A DNA stretch of 20,000 bases from an uncultured virus (IMG/VR IMGVR_UViG_3300022752_000053) (lineage: Duplodnaviria; Heunggongvirae; Uroviricota; Caudoviricetes), in IMG/VR virus record IMGVR_UViG_3300022752_000053, one strand, 5' to 3'. Positions 6,397 to 15,019 of this stretch are shown here, one piece after another (position 1 is the stretch's first letter; the number at the start of each line of letters is the position of its first letter). Both the position numbers and the translations under genes were made by a program. The notes below the pieces were generated by a model. The model was not told the origin of the DNA. It ran no database searches and was given only the letters and a program-made list of their open reading frames with translations.

Positions 6397-6844
6397 CGAA
6401 AATTTACCACCAAATCCTTTTGTGAGTGAAATTTTAGCATTGGTTTCTAAACAAAAAACCAATGCTAAAAGAATTGAAGTGCTTAGAGAATATGAAAATC
6501 AAGCACTTAAGTCAGTATTGATTTGGAATTTTGATGATACTGTAATTACAGTATTGCCTGCTGGAGATGTTCCGTTTAAACCAAATGAAGCACCAGCAGG
6601 TACTGAGCACACAAGTTTGAGACAGGAACATCAATATCTTTATAATTTTATTAAAGGTGGAAATGATACTCTTCCTGCAGTAAGAAGAGAGACTATATTT
6701 ATTCAAATTCTTGAGAATTTGCACCCAGAAGAAGCAGAAATTTTAGTTCTCACCAAGGATAAAAAACTTCAGTCAAAATATAAGATTACTAAAGACTTGG
6801 TTTCTGAAGCTTATCCTGATATTCAATGGGGAGGACGTTCTTGA
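6359..6844 (+). CDS. Conserved T4-like cyanophage hypothetical protein (start 6359 or 6347)
   Basis: LPPNPF..EIL, LIWNFD, LPAGDVP, RRETIFIQILENLHPEEAE and WGGRS motifs. Confidence 0.8.
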   Translation: MTQTKTTTKTTTNENLPPNPFVSEILALVSKQKTNAKRIEVLREYENQALKSVLIWNFDDTVITVLPAGDVPFKPNEAPAGTEHTSLRQEHQYLYNFIKGGNDTLPAVRRETIFIQILENLHPEEAEILVLTKDKKLQSKYKITKDLVSEAYPDIQWGGRS

Positions 6845-7173
6845 AAACCCTTGTCGGAGAAGAAATGGCAGAAAAAAATCCAAAAGAATTAGAATGTCTG
6901 CCATCCAAATATGGTTGTGACATCATTTATGAAAGAGCAACCAAAGAGCAGCAAATAGATAAAAATATTCCTTCTGATGCAAAATTGGTTACTTATATTG
7001 TGAATAATGAAAAGTTTGTAGATGTTTGTCGAGCAAATAGGCAAGTTGATATATTTGATTTTTATTATGACAAATATGGTCCAGGTGCTATTCTAAAAAT
7101 TGATTTGGCACAGGGAAGAATATATCCCAGAAATTGGGGTTACAAATCACCAGAAAAGAAAAGAAGAAAATGA
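6826..7173 (+). CDS. Conserved cyanophage hypothetical protein (start possibly 6865)
   Basis: VDIFDFYYDKY and GRIYPRNWGY; GGAG upstream of the 6865 ATG. Confidence 0.75.
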   Translation: MGRTFLKTLVGEEMAEKNPKELECLPSKYGCDIIYERATKEQQIDKNIPSDAKLVTYIVNNEKFVDVCRANRQVDIFDFYYDKYGPGAILKIDLAQGRIYPRNWGYKSPEKKRRK

Positions 7174-7361
7174 TTGGGTTTGGTGCCGATTCTAATTCTA
7201 AAAAACAACTTAAATTTAGAGTTAATCAAAATGAATTGAATAAAATTATAAAAGACTATAAGAAAATTAAAAAGTATATGAAATCTTCGTTATATGATAT
7301 CCGAATGATGGATGGAAATGAAACAGTAGTATCTAAGTTACTGGAATCTTCAGACCAATAA
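7170..7361 (+). CDS. Conserved cyanophage hypothetical protein
   Basis: ATGA overlap at 7170-7173; IIKDYKKIKKYMKS...MDGNET. Confidence 0.65.
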   Translation: MIGFGADSNSKKQLKFRVNQNELNKIIKDYKKIKKYMKSSLYDIRMMDGNETVVSKLLESSDQ

Positions 7362-7367
7362 AATATT

Positions 7368-7399
7368 AAAAGAGGGGGATTGACACTCCCTCTTTTTTT
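7368..7399 (+). terminator. Intrinsic terminator
   Basis: AAAAGAGGGGG / CTCCCTCTTTT stem with one G-U pair, loop ATTGACA, T-run. Confidence 0.8.
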
Positions 7400-7408
7400 G
7401 TGTATAAT
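7380..7408 (+). promoter_or_regulatory. Sigma70-type promoter embedded in the terminator
   Basis: TTGACA 7380-7385, 17-bp spacer, TATAAT 7403-7408. Confidence 0.85.
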
Positions 7409-7431
7409 ATCTTTGTTAAGGATGAAAAACA

Positions 7432-7599
7432 ATGAATCAAGACAAGCTTAAAATCCTAATTAAGAACCTAGAACTTATAGTTGATTCTCTCAAAGCAGAA
7501 GTATATTCAAGTCCAGATTCTTATGTGTATGAAAAAATTGCCCCATACATTGGAGACATAAAAGATTATGACGAAGTATTCGAAGACGACGACGATTGA
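7432..7599 (+). CDS. Conserved cyanophage hypothetical protein (55 aa), not in the ORF track
   Basis: MNQDKLKILIKNLELIVDSLKAEVYS...DYDEVFEDDDD; first gene after the promoter, AAGGA upstream. Confidence 0.75.
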   Translation: MNQDKLKILIKNLELIVDSLKAEVYSSPDSYVYEKIAPYIGDIKDYDEVFEDDDD

Positions 7600-7606
7600 A
7601 CCTACT

Positions 7607-7837
7607 ATGGAAAAAGAAACTGAAAAATTTATTTTTGCTATACCAAGTGGAGATGGAGACTTTCTTGATATTGCGGCACAGAATAATCTTGGTGTCTATG
7701 CTACTCACGTCGGGTATATTTCTGCACTTGCAAGCAGTGGAAAAATATCAACCGAAGAAGCATATAAACAAATCAAAAAACTCACTAAATCACTACGTCA
7801 ATCTTATAAAACATTAAAGGGAAGTTGGTTTTTATGA
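7607..7837 (+). CDS. Small helical protein resembling a cyanobacterial/cyanophage hypothetical family (start 7607 or 7568)
   Basis: NL..YA.HVGYISAL..SGKISTEEAYKQIKKL pattern. Confidence 0.6.
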   Translation: MEKETEKFIFAIPSGDGDFLDIAAQNNLGVYATHVGYISALASSGKISTEEAYKQIKKLTKSLRQSYKTLKGSWFL

Positions 7838-8523
7838 ATGAATTAGCAAAACTAATCTCTGTTACTCCTGATGCAGAAAGGCATATTGCATATTGTGCTC
7901 GGGTGAGTAATCCAAAAAATCAAGAGAATGATTCTTTTGAAGGATTGCTTAAATATTGTATCAAGAATCAACACTGGAGCATCTTTGAACATGCATTCCT
8001 TACAGTTGAGATTAATACCTCGCTTGCGATTGCTACGCAAATCCTCCGGCATAGGAGCTTTACTTTTCAGCAATTCAGTCAGAGGTATGCAGACAGTACA
8101 GAACTTCAACTTGAAATTCCTATACCTGATTTGCGGAGACAAGATACAAAAAATAGACAAAATAGTACAGATGATCTTGGAGATTTTGTAAAACTAAGTC
8201 TTCAAGAAGAAATCCGTAAGCACTTTGAGTCTTCACTGAGACTTTATAATAGAATGCTTGAAAATGGTGTTGCCAAGGAATGTGCTCGCTTCGTGCTTCC
8301 ACAAGCGACTCAGACGCGCCTCTATATGTCTGGGAGCATTAGGTCGTGGATTCATTATATCGACCTTCGCAGTGCTCACGGGACGCAGAGAGAGCATATG
8401 AAAATTGCAGAAGCAATTCGTTGTATTTTTACTTGTCAGTTTCCTGCAATCTCTTCTGCTCTTAATTGGACTCGTGAAGATTGTGAACCTTGTGAATATC
8501 AACGTTCTATTATGATAGAATAA
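7834..8523 (+). CDS. thyX: Flavin-dependent thymidylate synthase
   Basis: YCARVSNP, HWSIFEH, QILRHRSFTFQQFSQRY and ECARFVLP; ATG at 7834 overlaps the upstream TGA. Confidence 0.96.
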   Translation: MNELAKLISVTPDAERHIAYCARVSNPKNQENDSFEGLLKYCIKNQHWSIFEHAFLTVEINTSLAIATQILRHRSFTFQQFSQRYADSTELQLEIPIPDLRRQDTKNRQNSTDDLGDFVKLSLQEEIRKHFESSLRLYNRMLENGVAKECARFVLPQATQTRLYMSGSIRSWIHYIDLRSAHGTQREHMKIAEAIRCIFTCQFPAISSALNWTREDCEPCEYQRSIMIE

Positions 8524-8526
8524 ATA
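8519..8526 (+). promoter_or_regulatory. T4-like late promoter
   Basis: AATAAATA at the thyX stop, 24 nt before the next ATG. Confidence 0.55.
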
Positions 8527-8550
8527 AATTTATAAATTATTTTTTTAACA

Positions 8551-8793
8551 ATGGCAATATATCCTATAATACATAAGGAAACTGGCGAAAAGAAAGTGAT
8601 TGAAATGAGTATTCATGATATCACTGAATGGTATACAAATAATCCCGAATGGTCTAGAGATTGGTCGGAGGGATGTGCCACTCCTGGGGAAGTGGGTGAT
8701 TGGAGAAATAAACTGGTCTCCAGAAAACCGGGGTGGAATGAAGTTTTAGAAAGAGCATCAAAAACACCAGGATCTAAAGTAAAGAAAATCTAA
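8551..8793 (+). CDS. Conserved hypothetical protein upstream of phoH
   Basis: YPIIHKETGE...NPEW.RDWSEG...PGWNEVL..ASKTPGSKV; TAATG-coupled to phoH. Confidence 0.75.
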   Translation: MAIYPIIHKETGEKKVIEMSIHDITEWYTNNPEWSRDWSEGCATPGEVGDWRNKLVSRKPGWNEVLERASKTPGSKVKKI

Positions 8794-9551
8794 TGGCAAG
8801 AAGAAAAAGATCATCTTCCGAACAACCTATTGGAGTTGGGTTTACTGCAAAACAAATGAAACGCAAAAAACCAATAAATTCTGAATTACTTTTAGACATT
8901 GAGCCTCTTACCGAAAATCAAAAAGCACTTTTTAAATCTTATCAAACGGGTCAAAATATTGTTGCTTATGGTTGTGCAGGTACTGGTAAAACTTTCATCA
9001 CACTCTATAATGCAATAGCAGATGTGTTGAATGAAACAACTCCATACGAAAAAGTTTATATTGTAAGATCTCTTGTTGCGACAAGAGAAATTGGTTTTCT
9101 TCCAGGCACACATGATGATAAGGCAGATATTTACCAAATTCCCTATAAGAATATGGTGAAATATATGTTTCAATTATCAAATGATGCAGAGTTTGAAATG
9201 CTTTATGGAAATCTAAAGCAACAAGAAACTATTAAATTTTGGAGCACTTCATTTCTTCGTGGCACAACTCTTGATAATGCAGTTATTATTGTGGATGAAT
9301 TTCAAAACTTGAATTTTCATGAGCTTGATAGTATAATTACAAGAGTCGGTGAAAATTCTAAGATAATGTTTTGTGGAGATGCTACACAGTCTGATTTGAA
9401 TAAGAGTTATGAAAGAAATGGTATTATTGATTTTATGAGAGTATTAAAGGTAATGCCATCTTTTGATATGGTTGAATTTGGTGTTGACGATATTGTGAGA
9501 TCTGGTATAGTTAAAGAATACATTCATGCAAAGATAAATCTAAATCTATGA
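8793..9551 (+). CDS. phoH: PhoH-family ATPase
   Basis: Walker A GCAGTGKT, REIGFLPG, FLRGTTL, IVDEFQN, FCGDATQSD and DIVRSG. Confidence 0.96.
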   Translation: MARRKRSSSEQPIGVGFTAKQMKRKKPINSELLLDIEPLTENQKALFKSYQTGQNIVAYGCAGTGKTFITLYNAIADVLNETTPYEKVYIVRSLVATREIGFLPGTHDDKADIYQIPYKNMVKYMFQLSNDAEFEMLYGNLKQQETIKFWSTSFLRGTTLDNAVIIVDEFQNLNFHELDSIITRVGENSKIMFCGDATQSDLNKSYERNGIIDFMRVLKVMPSFDMVEFGVDDIVRSGIVKEYIHAKINLNL

Positions 9552-10231
9552 CCTTTATTCATCATAATTTTTTAGGTGAGCTTGAATTAGAGAAGAAAGA
9601 AACTAATGGCATTCGCTTCTACCATCTTCCTGATGGTCAGTGGGTGCCTTCTATTACTTCTGTGACAAGTTTCTACAATCGTCAAATCTTTGTAGAATGG
9701 CGTAAGCGTGTGGGTGTTGAAAAGGCAAACAACATTACTCGTAAAGCAACTGCAAGAGGAACAGATTTTCACCAAGTCTGTCAGGACTATCTTGAGAATA
9801 AAGAATTAAATTGGGATAATTATCAACCCCTCTCTAAGTTTATGTTTCATCATGCAAAAGAATCTCTTGATAAGATAAGCAACATTCATGCAATTGAAAG
9901 AACATTATATTCTGAGTATCTTGGACTTGCTGGAAGAGTAGATTGTATTGCTGAGTATGATGGTGAGTTGGCAGTAATTGACTTCAAAACATCTGAAAAA
10001 ATCAAACCTGAAGAATGGTTGGAAAACTATTTTGTGCAGGAGATGTTTTATGCTTCTGCATATTATGAGTTGACTAAGATTCCCGTTGTTAAATTAATCA
10101 CCATTATGGTAACTCCTGGTGGTGAAGTTAAGGTATTTGACAAAAGAGATAAAAAAGAGTATATTAAACTCTTAGTAAGATACATTAAGGAATTTGTAAA
10201 ATTTAACACCGATGAAAGAACAAGTAATTAA
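9548..10231 (+). CDS. PD-(D/E)XK exonuclease
   Basis: PSITSV, RGTDFH, LAGRVDCIAEYDGELAVIDFKTS and YFVQ. Confidence 0.88.
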   Translation: MTFIHHNFLGELELEKKETNGIRFYHLPDGQWVPSITSVTSFYNRQIFVEWRKRVGVEKANNITRKATARGTDFHQVCQDYLENKELNWDNYQPLSKFMFHHAKESLDKISNIHAIERTLYSEYLGLAGRVDCIAEYDGELAVIDFKTSEKIKPEEWLENYFVQEMFYASAYYELTKIPVVKLITIMVTPGGEVKVFDKRDKKEYIKLLVRYIKEFVKFNTDERTSN

Positions 10232-10466
10232 AGCATTAGATGAAAAGTTTTTGTGCTCCGATAAGTTTGCACAAAAAATTGAAACATTAGTAAAGGAATT
10301 TAGAATTTCTTACATCGACGCAATCATACAATTTTGTGAAGATAATTCTGTGGAAGTGGAAACAATTCCCAAGTTGATTTCAAAACCACTGAAAGAAAAA
10401 CTTAAATGTGAAGCAACACGATTAAATTTTTTAAAGAAAACTAGTAAAGCTGTATTGAAATTTTAA
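10212..10466 (+). CDS. gp33: Late transcription coactivator gp33
   Basis: YIDAIIQFCEDN.VEVE...LISKPLKEKLKCEA..LNFLK; position before gp59. Confidence 0.88.
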   Translation: MKEQVIKALDEKFLCSDKFAQKIETLVKEFRISYIDAIIQFCEDNSVEVETIPKLISKPLKEKLKCEATRLNFLKKTSKAVLKF

Positions 10467-11065
10467 TGACTCCATTTGACTGCTATAAAACATACCTAGC
10501 ATTCAAAAATCATTTCACAAAAGAATCTTATGATTATCACAAATACTGTGGTAAATCACGAGCATCTTTAGAGTCTTTTTATAAACGTAAAGATCGTTAT
10601 TTCTTTGAAAAAACTTCACGACAAAGAAGTGATAAAGAAGTTGAAAATTTTTTTGTTGCTAATTTTTCTTCAGCAAACGATCCACAGTCATTGTGGATTG
10701 GTGAAATTATTCGGAATGGTGAAACAAAATATAAAGAATGGCAAAAAAGAATACAGTCTCTATCATATATCTTCAAGGAAGAATCTGAGGATATGTTGTC
10801 TTCAACCAACCTAAATGACTTATTTGATTGCTCGAAGCAACATCCTCCAATACTAAAAAAATTTTTAAGTGGGAAAATTTCTTTAGAAAATATGGTAATA
10901 TATGATATGATATTTTCATATGTAAAGAATTTTGACAAGAAAATTCAAGATCCAATATGGAAATCTGTAAGTGTTAGGATAAGAAAATATAAACCGTTTC
11001 TAAATATTGATATATTCAATTATAAGAAAATACTTCAGAAAATGGTATTGAAATCAGATGAGTAA
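10466..11065 (+). CDS. gp59: Helicase loader gp59
   Basis: YKTYLAFKNHFT..YDYHKY, FYKRKDRYFFEK and KYKPFL; sits between gp33 and gp32. Confidence 0.9.
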   Translation: MTPFDCYKTYLAFKNHFTKESYDYHKYCGKSRASLESFYKRKDRYFFEKTSRQRSDKEVENFFVANFSSANDPQSLWIGEIIRNGETKYKEWQKRIQSLSYIFKEESEDMLSSTNLNDLFDCSKQHPPILKKFLSGKISLENMVIYDMIFSYVKNFDKKIQDPIWKSVSVRIRKYKPFLNIDIFNYKKILQKMVLKSDE

Positions 11066-11387
11066 TTTTTTTGAATCCGAATTTGTAAAATCTGAGTTAG
11101 TTGAAATTTCAGAATTGCAAAATAAAATTTACAAAAAAATATTCGATTTTCCTTCATTATCTCAGGAAGAAAAGTTGAATCATATTTCTTTAGTAGAAAA
11201 ATTAATAGAGAAGCAAAAAGTATTATACACTCATATGACTCTTTCAAATGATCCTGAAGCAAAGTGTATGCAAGATCAAATTATAAAATCTGCTGAGATG
11301 ATGGGATTTGATGAAGACCTCTATATGGTTTTAGATAATATGGAAAAAATTCTACAAAACACTAAAGAGCAGGTTGACCACCCATAG
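11058..11387 (+). CDS. DUF1825-like hypothetical protein
   Basis: FFESEFVKSEL.EI.ELQ...LIEKQKVLYT..TLSNDPEA. Confidence 0.75.
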   Translation: MSNFFESEFVKSELVEISELQNKIYKKIFDFPSLSQEEKLNHISLVEKLIEKQKVLYTHMTLSNDPEAKCMQDQIIKSAEMMGFDEDLYMVLDNMEKILQNTKEQVDHP

Positions 11388-11402
11388 ATTTCCTGCTACA
11401 AT
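11374..11402 (+). promoter_or_regulatory. Sigma70-type promoter for gp32
   Basis: TTGACC 11374-11379, 17-bp spacer, TG-c-TACAAT 11394-11402. Confidence 0.7.
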
Positions 11403-11410
11403 ACACAAGT

Positions 11411-11446
11411 AATCCAATCAATCCAATTAATACGGAGAATACGAAT
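11411..11446 (+). repeat. Four imperfect 9-nt repeats in the gp32 leader
   Basis: AATCCAATC / AATCCAATT / AATACGGAG / AATACGAAT. Confidence 0.65.
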
Positions 11447-12338
11447 GTCATTTGAAAATCTTAAGAAGCAATCCAAGCTTGGGTCACTCACTTCTAAGTT
11501 GGTAAAGGAAGTTGAAAAGATGAGCACGGGAGAATCGGGTGCAGATGACCGATTCTGGAAACCAGAAGTTGATAAAGTTGGAAATGGATTTGCTACGATT
11601 CGTTTTCTTCCCGCACCAGAAGGTGAAGATCTTCCTTGGTCAAAGGTTTGGAGTCATGCTTTTCAGGGACCAGGTGGATGGTATATTGAAAATAGTTTGA
11701 CAACTTTGAATCAAAAAGATCCAGTTTCTGAATATAATCGTGGACTTTGGAATAGTGGTAACGAAAAAGATAAGGAAACTGTTCGTAAGCAGAAGCGTAA
11801 ACTTTCTTACTATGCCAACATTTATGTTGTGAAAGATCCTACTAATCCTCAGAATGAAGGTAAGGTATTTCTTTATAAGTTTGGTAAGAAGATCTTTGAT
11901 AAGATTATGGCAGCAATGCAACCAGAGTTTGAAGATGAAGAAGCAATCAATCCGTTTGATTTTTGGCAAGGTGCCAATTTCAAACTGAAGATTCGTAAGG
12001 TTGATGGTTATTGGAATTATGATAAGTCTGAGTTTGAATCTCCCGGTCCTCTTCTGAGTGATGATGATGCTTTGGAAGCAATCTGGAAGAAGCAAAACTC
12101 TCTTACTGATTTTCTTGCTGCCGCTAACTTCAAATCCCATGAAGAGTTGGAAAAGCGTTTAAATCAAGTGCTTGGTGCGAAGCAACCCCAACGTCGTGTT
12201 GATCCTGAAGTGCAAGATGAAGAGTATACTCCCGAGGTGGAAGAGAAATCATATACTCCTTCATTTAATGCACCACAACCCGTTGATGAAGATGAAGATG
12301 ATGCTCTGAGTTACTTTCAGCGTCTTGCTGAAGAGTGA
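11445..12338 (+). CDS. gp32: Single-stranded DNA-binding protein gp32
   Basis: DDRFWKPEVDKVGNG.A.IRFLP, WYIENSLTT, YKFGKKIFDKI, NYDKSEF and an acidic C-terminal tail. Confidence 0.97.
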   Translation: MSFENLKKQSKLGSLTSKLVKEVEKMSTGESGADDRFWKPEVDKVGNGFATIRFLPAPEGEDLPWSKVWSHAFQGPGGWYIENSLTTLNQKDPVSEYNRGLWNSGNEKDKETVRKQKRKLSYYANIYVVKDPTNPQNEGKVFLYKFGKKIFDKIMAAMQPEFEDEEAINPFDFWQGANFKLKIRKVDGYWNYDKSEFESPGPLLSDDDALEAIWKKQNSLTDFLAAANFKSHEELEKRLNQVLGAKQPQRRVDPEVQDEEYTPEVEEKSYTPSFNAPQPVDEDEDDALSYFQRLAEE

Positions 12339-12366
12339 TACCAAAATCGACATTTAGTTTCATTTT

Positions 12367-12395
12367 ATGCCGGAAAAATTTTCCGGCATTTTTTT
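12367..12395 (+). terminator. Intrinsic terminator between convergent gp32 and gp53
   Basis: ATGCCGGAA...TTCCGGCAT inverted repeat followed by a T-run. Confidence 0.85.
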
Positions 12396-12410
12396 GCCCT
12401 ATTACTTTTT

Positions 12411-13109
12411 TTACGGATTTGTGAGGTTTATGTTGTCAGTCTTCTTCAGATTATCCGCAATATAATCTGAAGAATCTTTATATGTGGCAATATTTTCCAA
12501 ATCATTAATTGCTTCTTGTAGGTAATTATTTCTCAAAATATAGATATTTCTTTTGTTATCATTTACATCTTCTTCATATTCTTTAAATGTAACTGGATAG
12601 CATACTTCATTTCCACCCTTTCTTATCATTACTCCTATATTTTCATCATAAAATTCTAAAGCTGCAACTGCATCTTCAATTGTTTTATTATAAAATTCAG
12701 TGTCTACAATCAAATTTGCTGGTTGCACAACCACTCCCAAACTATTTTTGACTTCTAAAGTCCTATAATGTTTGATATCGTAAAAACCTTCTTCAGATTT
12801 ATATTTTTCTAACATATAGTTATAAAGTGCCATCTGACTCAGAGGCCATTCGTTATATACATCAACGATATTATTTACAGTCAATATAATCCAATCTAAT
12901 CTTGCATCATCGTAAAATTTTTCTGCTACTTGATCTGGTCTTTCATCTCCAATGATGGAGTATTTTGTAAAAAAGGAGGCATTTTGGAAAATATCGGCAC
13001 GAATCTTTGCTCTTCTAAAGAAATTTTTAGCAACTACAGTTGATAAACTGGAATTCTTATCTGGAAGATTTGTGTGATATTCAATATTTGGCAGAGATTT
13101 GAAATACAT
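12411..13109 (-). CDS. gp53: Baseplate wedge subunit gp53
   Basis: MYFKSLPNIEY, KNFFRR, Y.I..DERPDQVAEKFYDD..LDWIIL..NNI...EWPL and NDNKRNIYIL. Confidence 0.88.
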   Translation of the reverse strand: MYFKSLPNIEYHTNLPDKNSSLSTVVAKNFFRRAKIRADIFQNASFFTKYSIIGDERPDQVAEKFYDDARLDWIILTVNNIVDVYNEWPLSQMALYNYMLEKYKSEEGFYDIKHYRTLEVKNSLGVVVQPANLIVDTEFYNKTIEDAVAALEFYDENIGVMIRKGGNEVCYPVTFKEYEEDVNDNKRNIYILRNNYLQEAINDLENIATYKDSSDYIADNLKKTDNINLTNP

Positions 13110-13110
13110 G

Positions 13111-14652
13111 TTAGTAACCTATTGAATATGATGCGGAAGATTCATTATCACCATCAAATTTAGTATAATCATCATCAAAAACTGGATCCAATTCGGAGAA
13201 ACTCAATACCATTTCATAACTTATCATAGATCCATTTGCATAAGTCATATAAGATCCATCTGGTGTATAATTTACAGCAATATTTGTTAATGCACACAGT
13301 TTAAATCTATTTAAGAATGGATGATCTACTGTTTTTTGGGAAACAATAGTGCCATTTTCAAGTCTATTCTCTACAAATTTTGGACTTATTTTAAAAACAT
13401 TTGGAGATGCTAGAAATATTCCATTTGCTGCTTTTTTAACAGAAGAACCTTGTTTAAAGATACGAATAATTTTTTTTATTTCTTCTGCTTCTGCAGCATA
13501 TCTTGGAGTCATTCGATAATTAAACTGGAAGGATCTTAAAGATGGTCCAGAAAATAATAATTCTGAGTTTGGATTTACGATTGCTCCAGTCGAGCGAGTT
13601 AATAAACTCTTACCAAGTAATCCCTTCATAATAGTATTCATTGCTACTGCCTGTGTGGCAACAGATGTTGTTGGATCTTTTAGTTTATTTCCAACATCTT
13701 TCACTGCAGCTCCCGCACCTGTAATAGGATTGCTACTTCCCATAATACCAGCAGCTAATTGTGCTCCATATGCTTCAATAGCATTTAAATCACTACCTGC
13801 CCAATTGACTGGATTGCTATCTTGCATACTTCCAGGTACAGGTAAAAAAATAGTTGCTAATGGTGCCATCTTTGCATTTGTTTGTCTTGTATTTGCATCA
13901 TCCAAATCTGTTTGAGCTCCCTCTCCAGAAACAAATGTAGCACCATCACCAGTGCCTGATCCAAAAACTGATAGTTTATCATTTGGAATGTATCTAACCA
14001 TTTCAAATTGAATAAAATCATTTGAATTTTGGTCAGCACCAGAAAGTGGATATCTACAAATATTTTGCTGATATGATGTTCTAGCCCTTGCAGATTTGCT
14101 TATTGTTTCTTTGATTGCAGCATTATCTTCTGCGCTAAATTTTGTTTCGTCTTTATTTCCTCCTGCATTAGCACCATTAGCAGCTGCCCCCGCCCCTCCA
14201 GCAGCATTTGGTCCTCCAGGTGGAGAATTTTCTGGTTTTGCCGCAGTATTTTTTGGAAATAATTTATCTTTTTGTGATTCTGTTAATGACTTATCTATTG
14301 TTGCATCTAAATCCTTTCTCAACGCAGATTTGGTTGCAACGTCACTGTTTAATTTTTTTGCAAGATCTTCTCTTTGTTCTTTATTGAGACCGGCTCCAAT
14401 CCAATTATTGTCGGACTTAACTTCCCATTGTTTTTTTGTTGGACTCCAAACTGCAAGAGTAATATCTCCACCAATATTTGGCTTTACAAGATTAATTGCA
14501 CCAGCATTTGATCCAGTATATGTTACTTGCTGTTTAACATCTATTGGTAGCGTACCTGGTGTCCCATCGGCAAACTTAGTTTTTAGTGAAATACGAGTTC
14601 CAGATGTTGTCTCCGTACTCGATACTGTTCCACCACCACTTGGCACGGGCAT
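13111..14652 (-). CDS. gp48: Baseplate tail-tube cap gp48 with an N-terminal extension
   Basis: RYPL, IFLPVP, NPNSELLFSGPSLRSFQFNYRMTPR..EAEEIKKII..FK, CALTNIAVNYTPDG and LSFSEL. Confidence 0.85.
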   Translation of the reverse strand: MPVPSGGGTVSSTETTSGTRISLKTKFADGTPGTLPIDVKQQVTYTGSNAGAINLVKPNIGGDITLAVWSPTKKQWEVKSDNNWIGAGLNKEQREDLAKKLNSDVATKSALRKDLDATIDKSLTESQKDKLFPKNTAAKPENSPPGGPNAAGGAGAAANGANAGGNKDETKFSAEDNAAIKETISKSARARTSYQQNICRYPLSGADQNSNDFIQFEMVRYIPNDKLSVFGSGTGDGATFVSGEGAQTDLDDANTRQTNAKMAPLATIFLPVPGSMQDSNPVNWAGSDLNAIEAYGAQLAAGIMGSSNPITGAGAAVKDVGNKLKDPTTSVATQAVAMNTIMKGLLGKSLLTRSTGAIVNPNSELLFSGPSLRSFQFNYRMTPRYAAEAEEIKKIIRIFKQGSSVKKAANGIFLASPNVFKISPKFVENRLENGTIVSQKTVDHPFLNRFKLCALTNIAVNYTPDGSYMTYANGSMISYEMVLSFSELDPVFDDDYTKFDGDNESSASYSIGY

Positions 14653-14668
14653 TTTTATTGTAAACTTT

Positions 14669-15019
14669 TTAGATATTTATGCGAAATTTTTGATATCCTA
14701 TAGATATCAGAGTATTCAATTCTTCTTTATAAACTTTATGCAATTTTCCAGCAATTTCAGTCCAAGTATAATTGTGGGGACCTGGCCAATGAAAATTGAA
14801 TCCTCGAAATCCCCATCGATATATTTCAGTAACTACTACTAATGGATGTTGGTCATACTCAATTTCTGCTGTTTTTGGTGAGTATATGAAAGTGTAAAAA
14901 CTTCCAACATCGGGTATAAATTCCGTTTCATTTAAAATATCGATAATTTCAATCATTCTGTCTTCAGAATCTGAATATGACAATATGTTTTTCTTAATAT
15001 CTTTGGTAATTCTATTCAT
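14669..15019 (-). CDS. Hypothetical protein with a gp2 (DNA end protector)-like motif
   Basis: G.FYTFIYSPKT...YDQHPLV...GFRGFNFHW; adjacent to gp4. Confidence 0.55.
   Translation of the reverse strand: MNRITKDIKKNILSYSDSEDRMIEIIDILNETEFIPDVGSFYTFIYSPKTAEIEYDQHPLVVVTEIYRWGFRGFNFHWPGPHNYTWTEIAGKLHKVYKEELNTLISIGYQKFRINI
14674..14681 (-). promoter_or_regulatory. T4-like late promoter for gp48
   Basis: CATAAATA on the minus strand, 21 nt upstream of the gp48 ATG. Confidence 0.6.

Noticed and set aside
8520..8800. Pho box upstream of phoH
   Set aside because: No convincing 11-bp-periodic PyTTAAPyPy repeats; only a late-promoter motif is visible
9548..10231. Cas4 or defence nuclease
   Set aside because: It lies in the conserved phoH-exonuclease-gp33-gp59 core block and lacks a four-Cys Fe-S pattern
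11640..12140. 166-aa minus-strand ORF
   Set aside because: Antisense shadow of gp32
14096..14842. 248-aa plus-strand ORF
   Set aside because: Antisense shadow of gp48 and its upstream gene; no motifs and no expression signals
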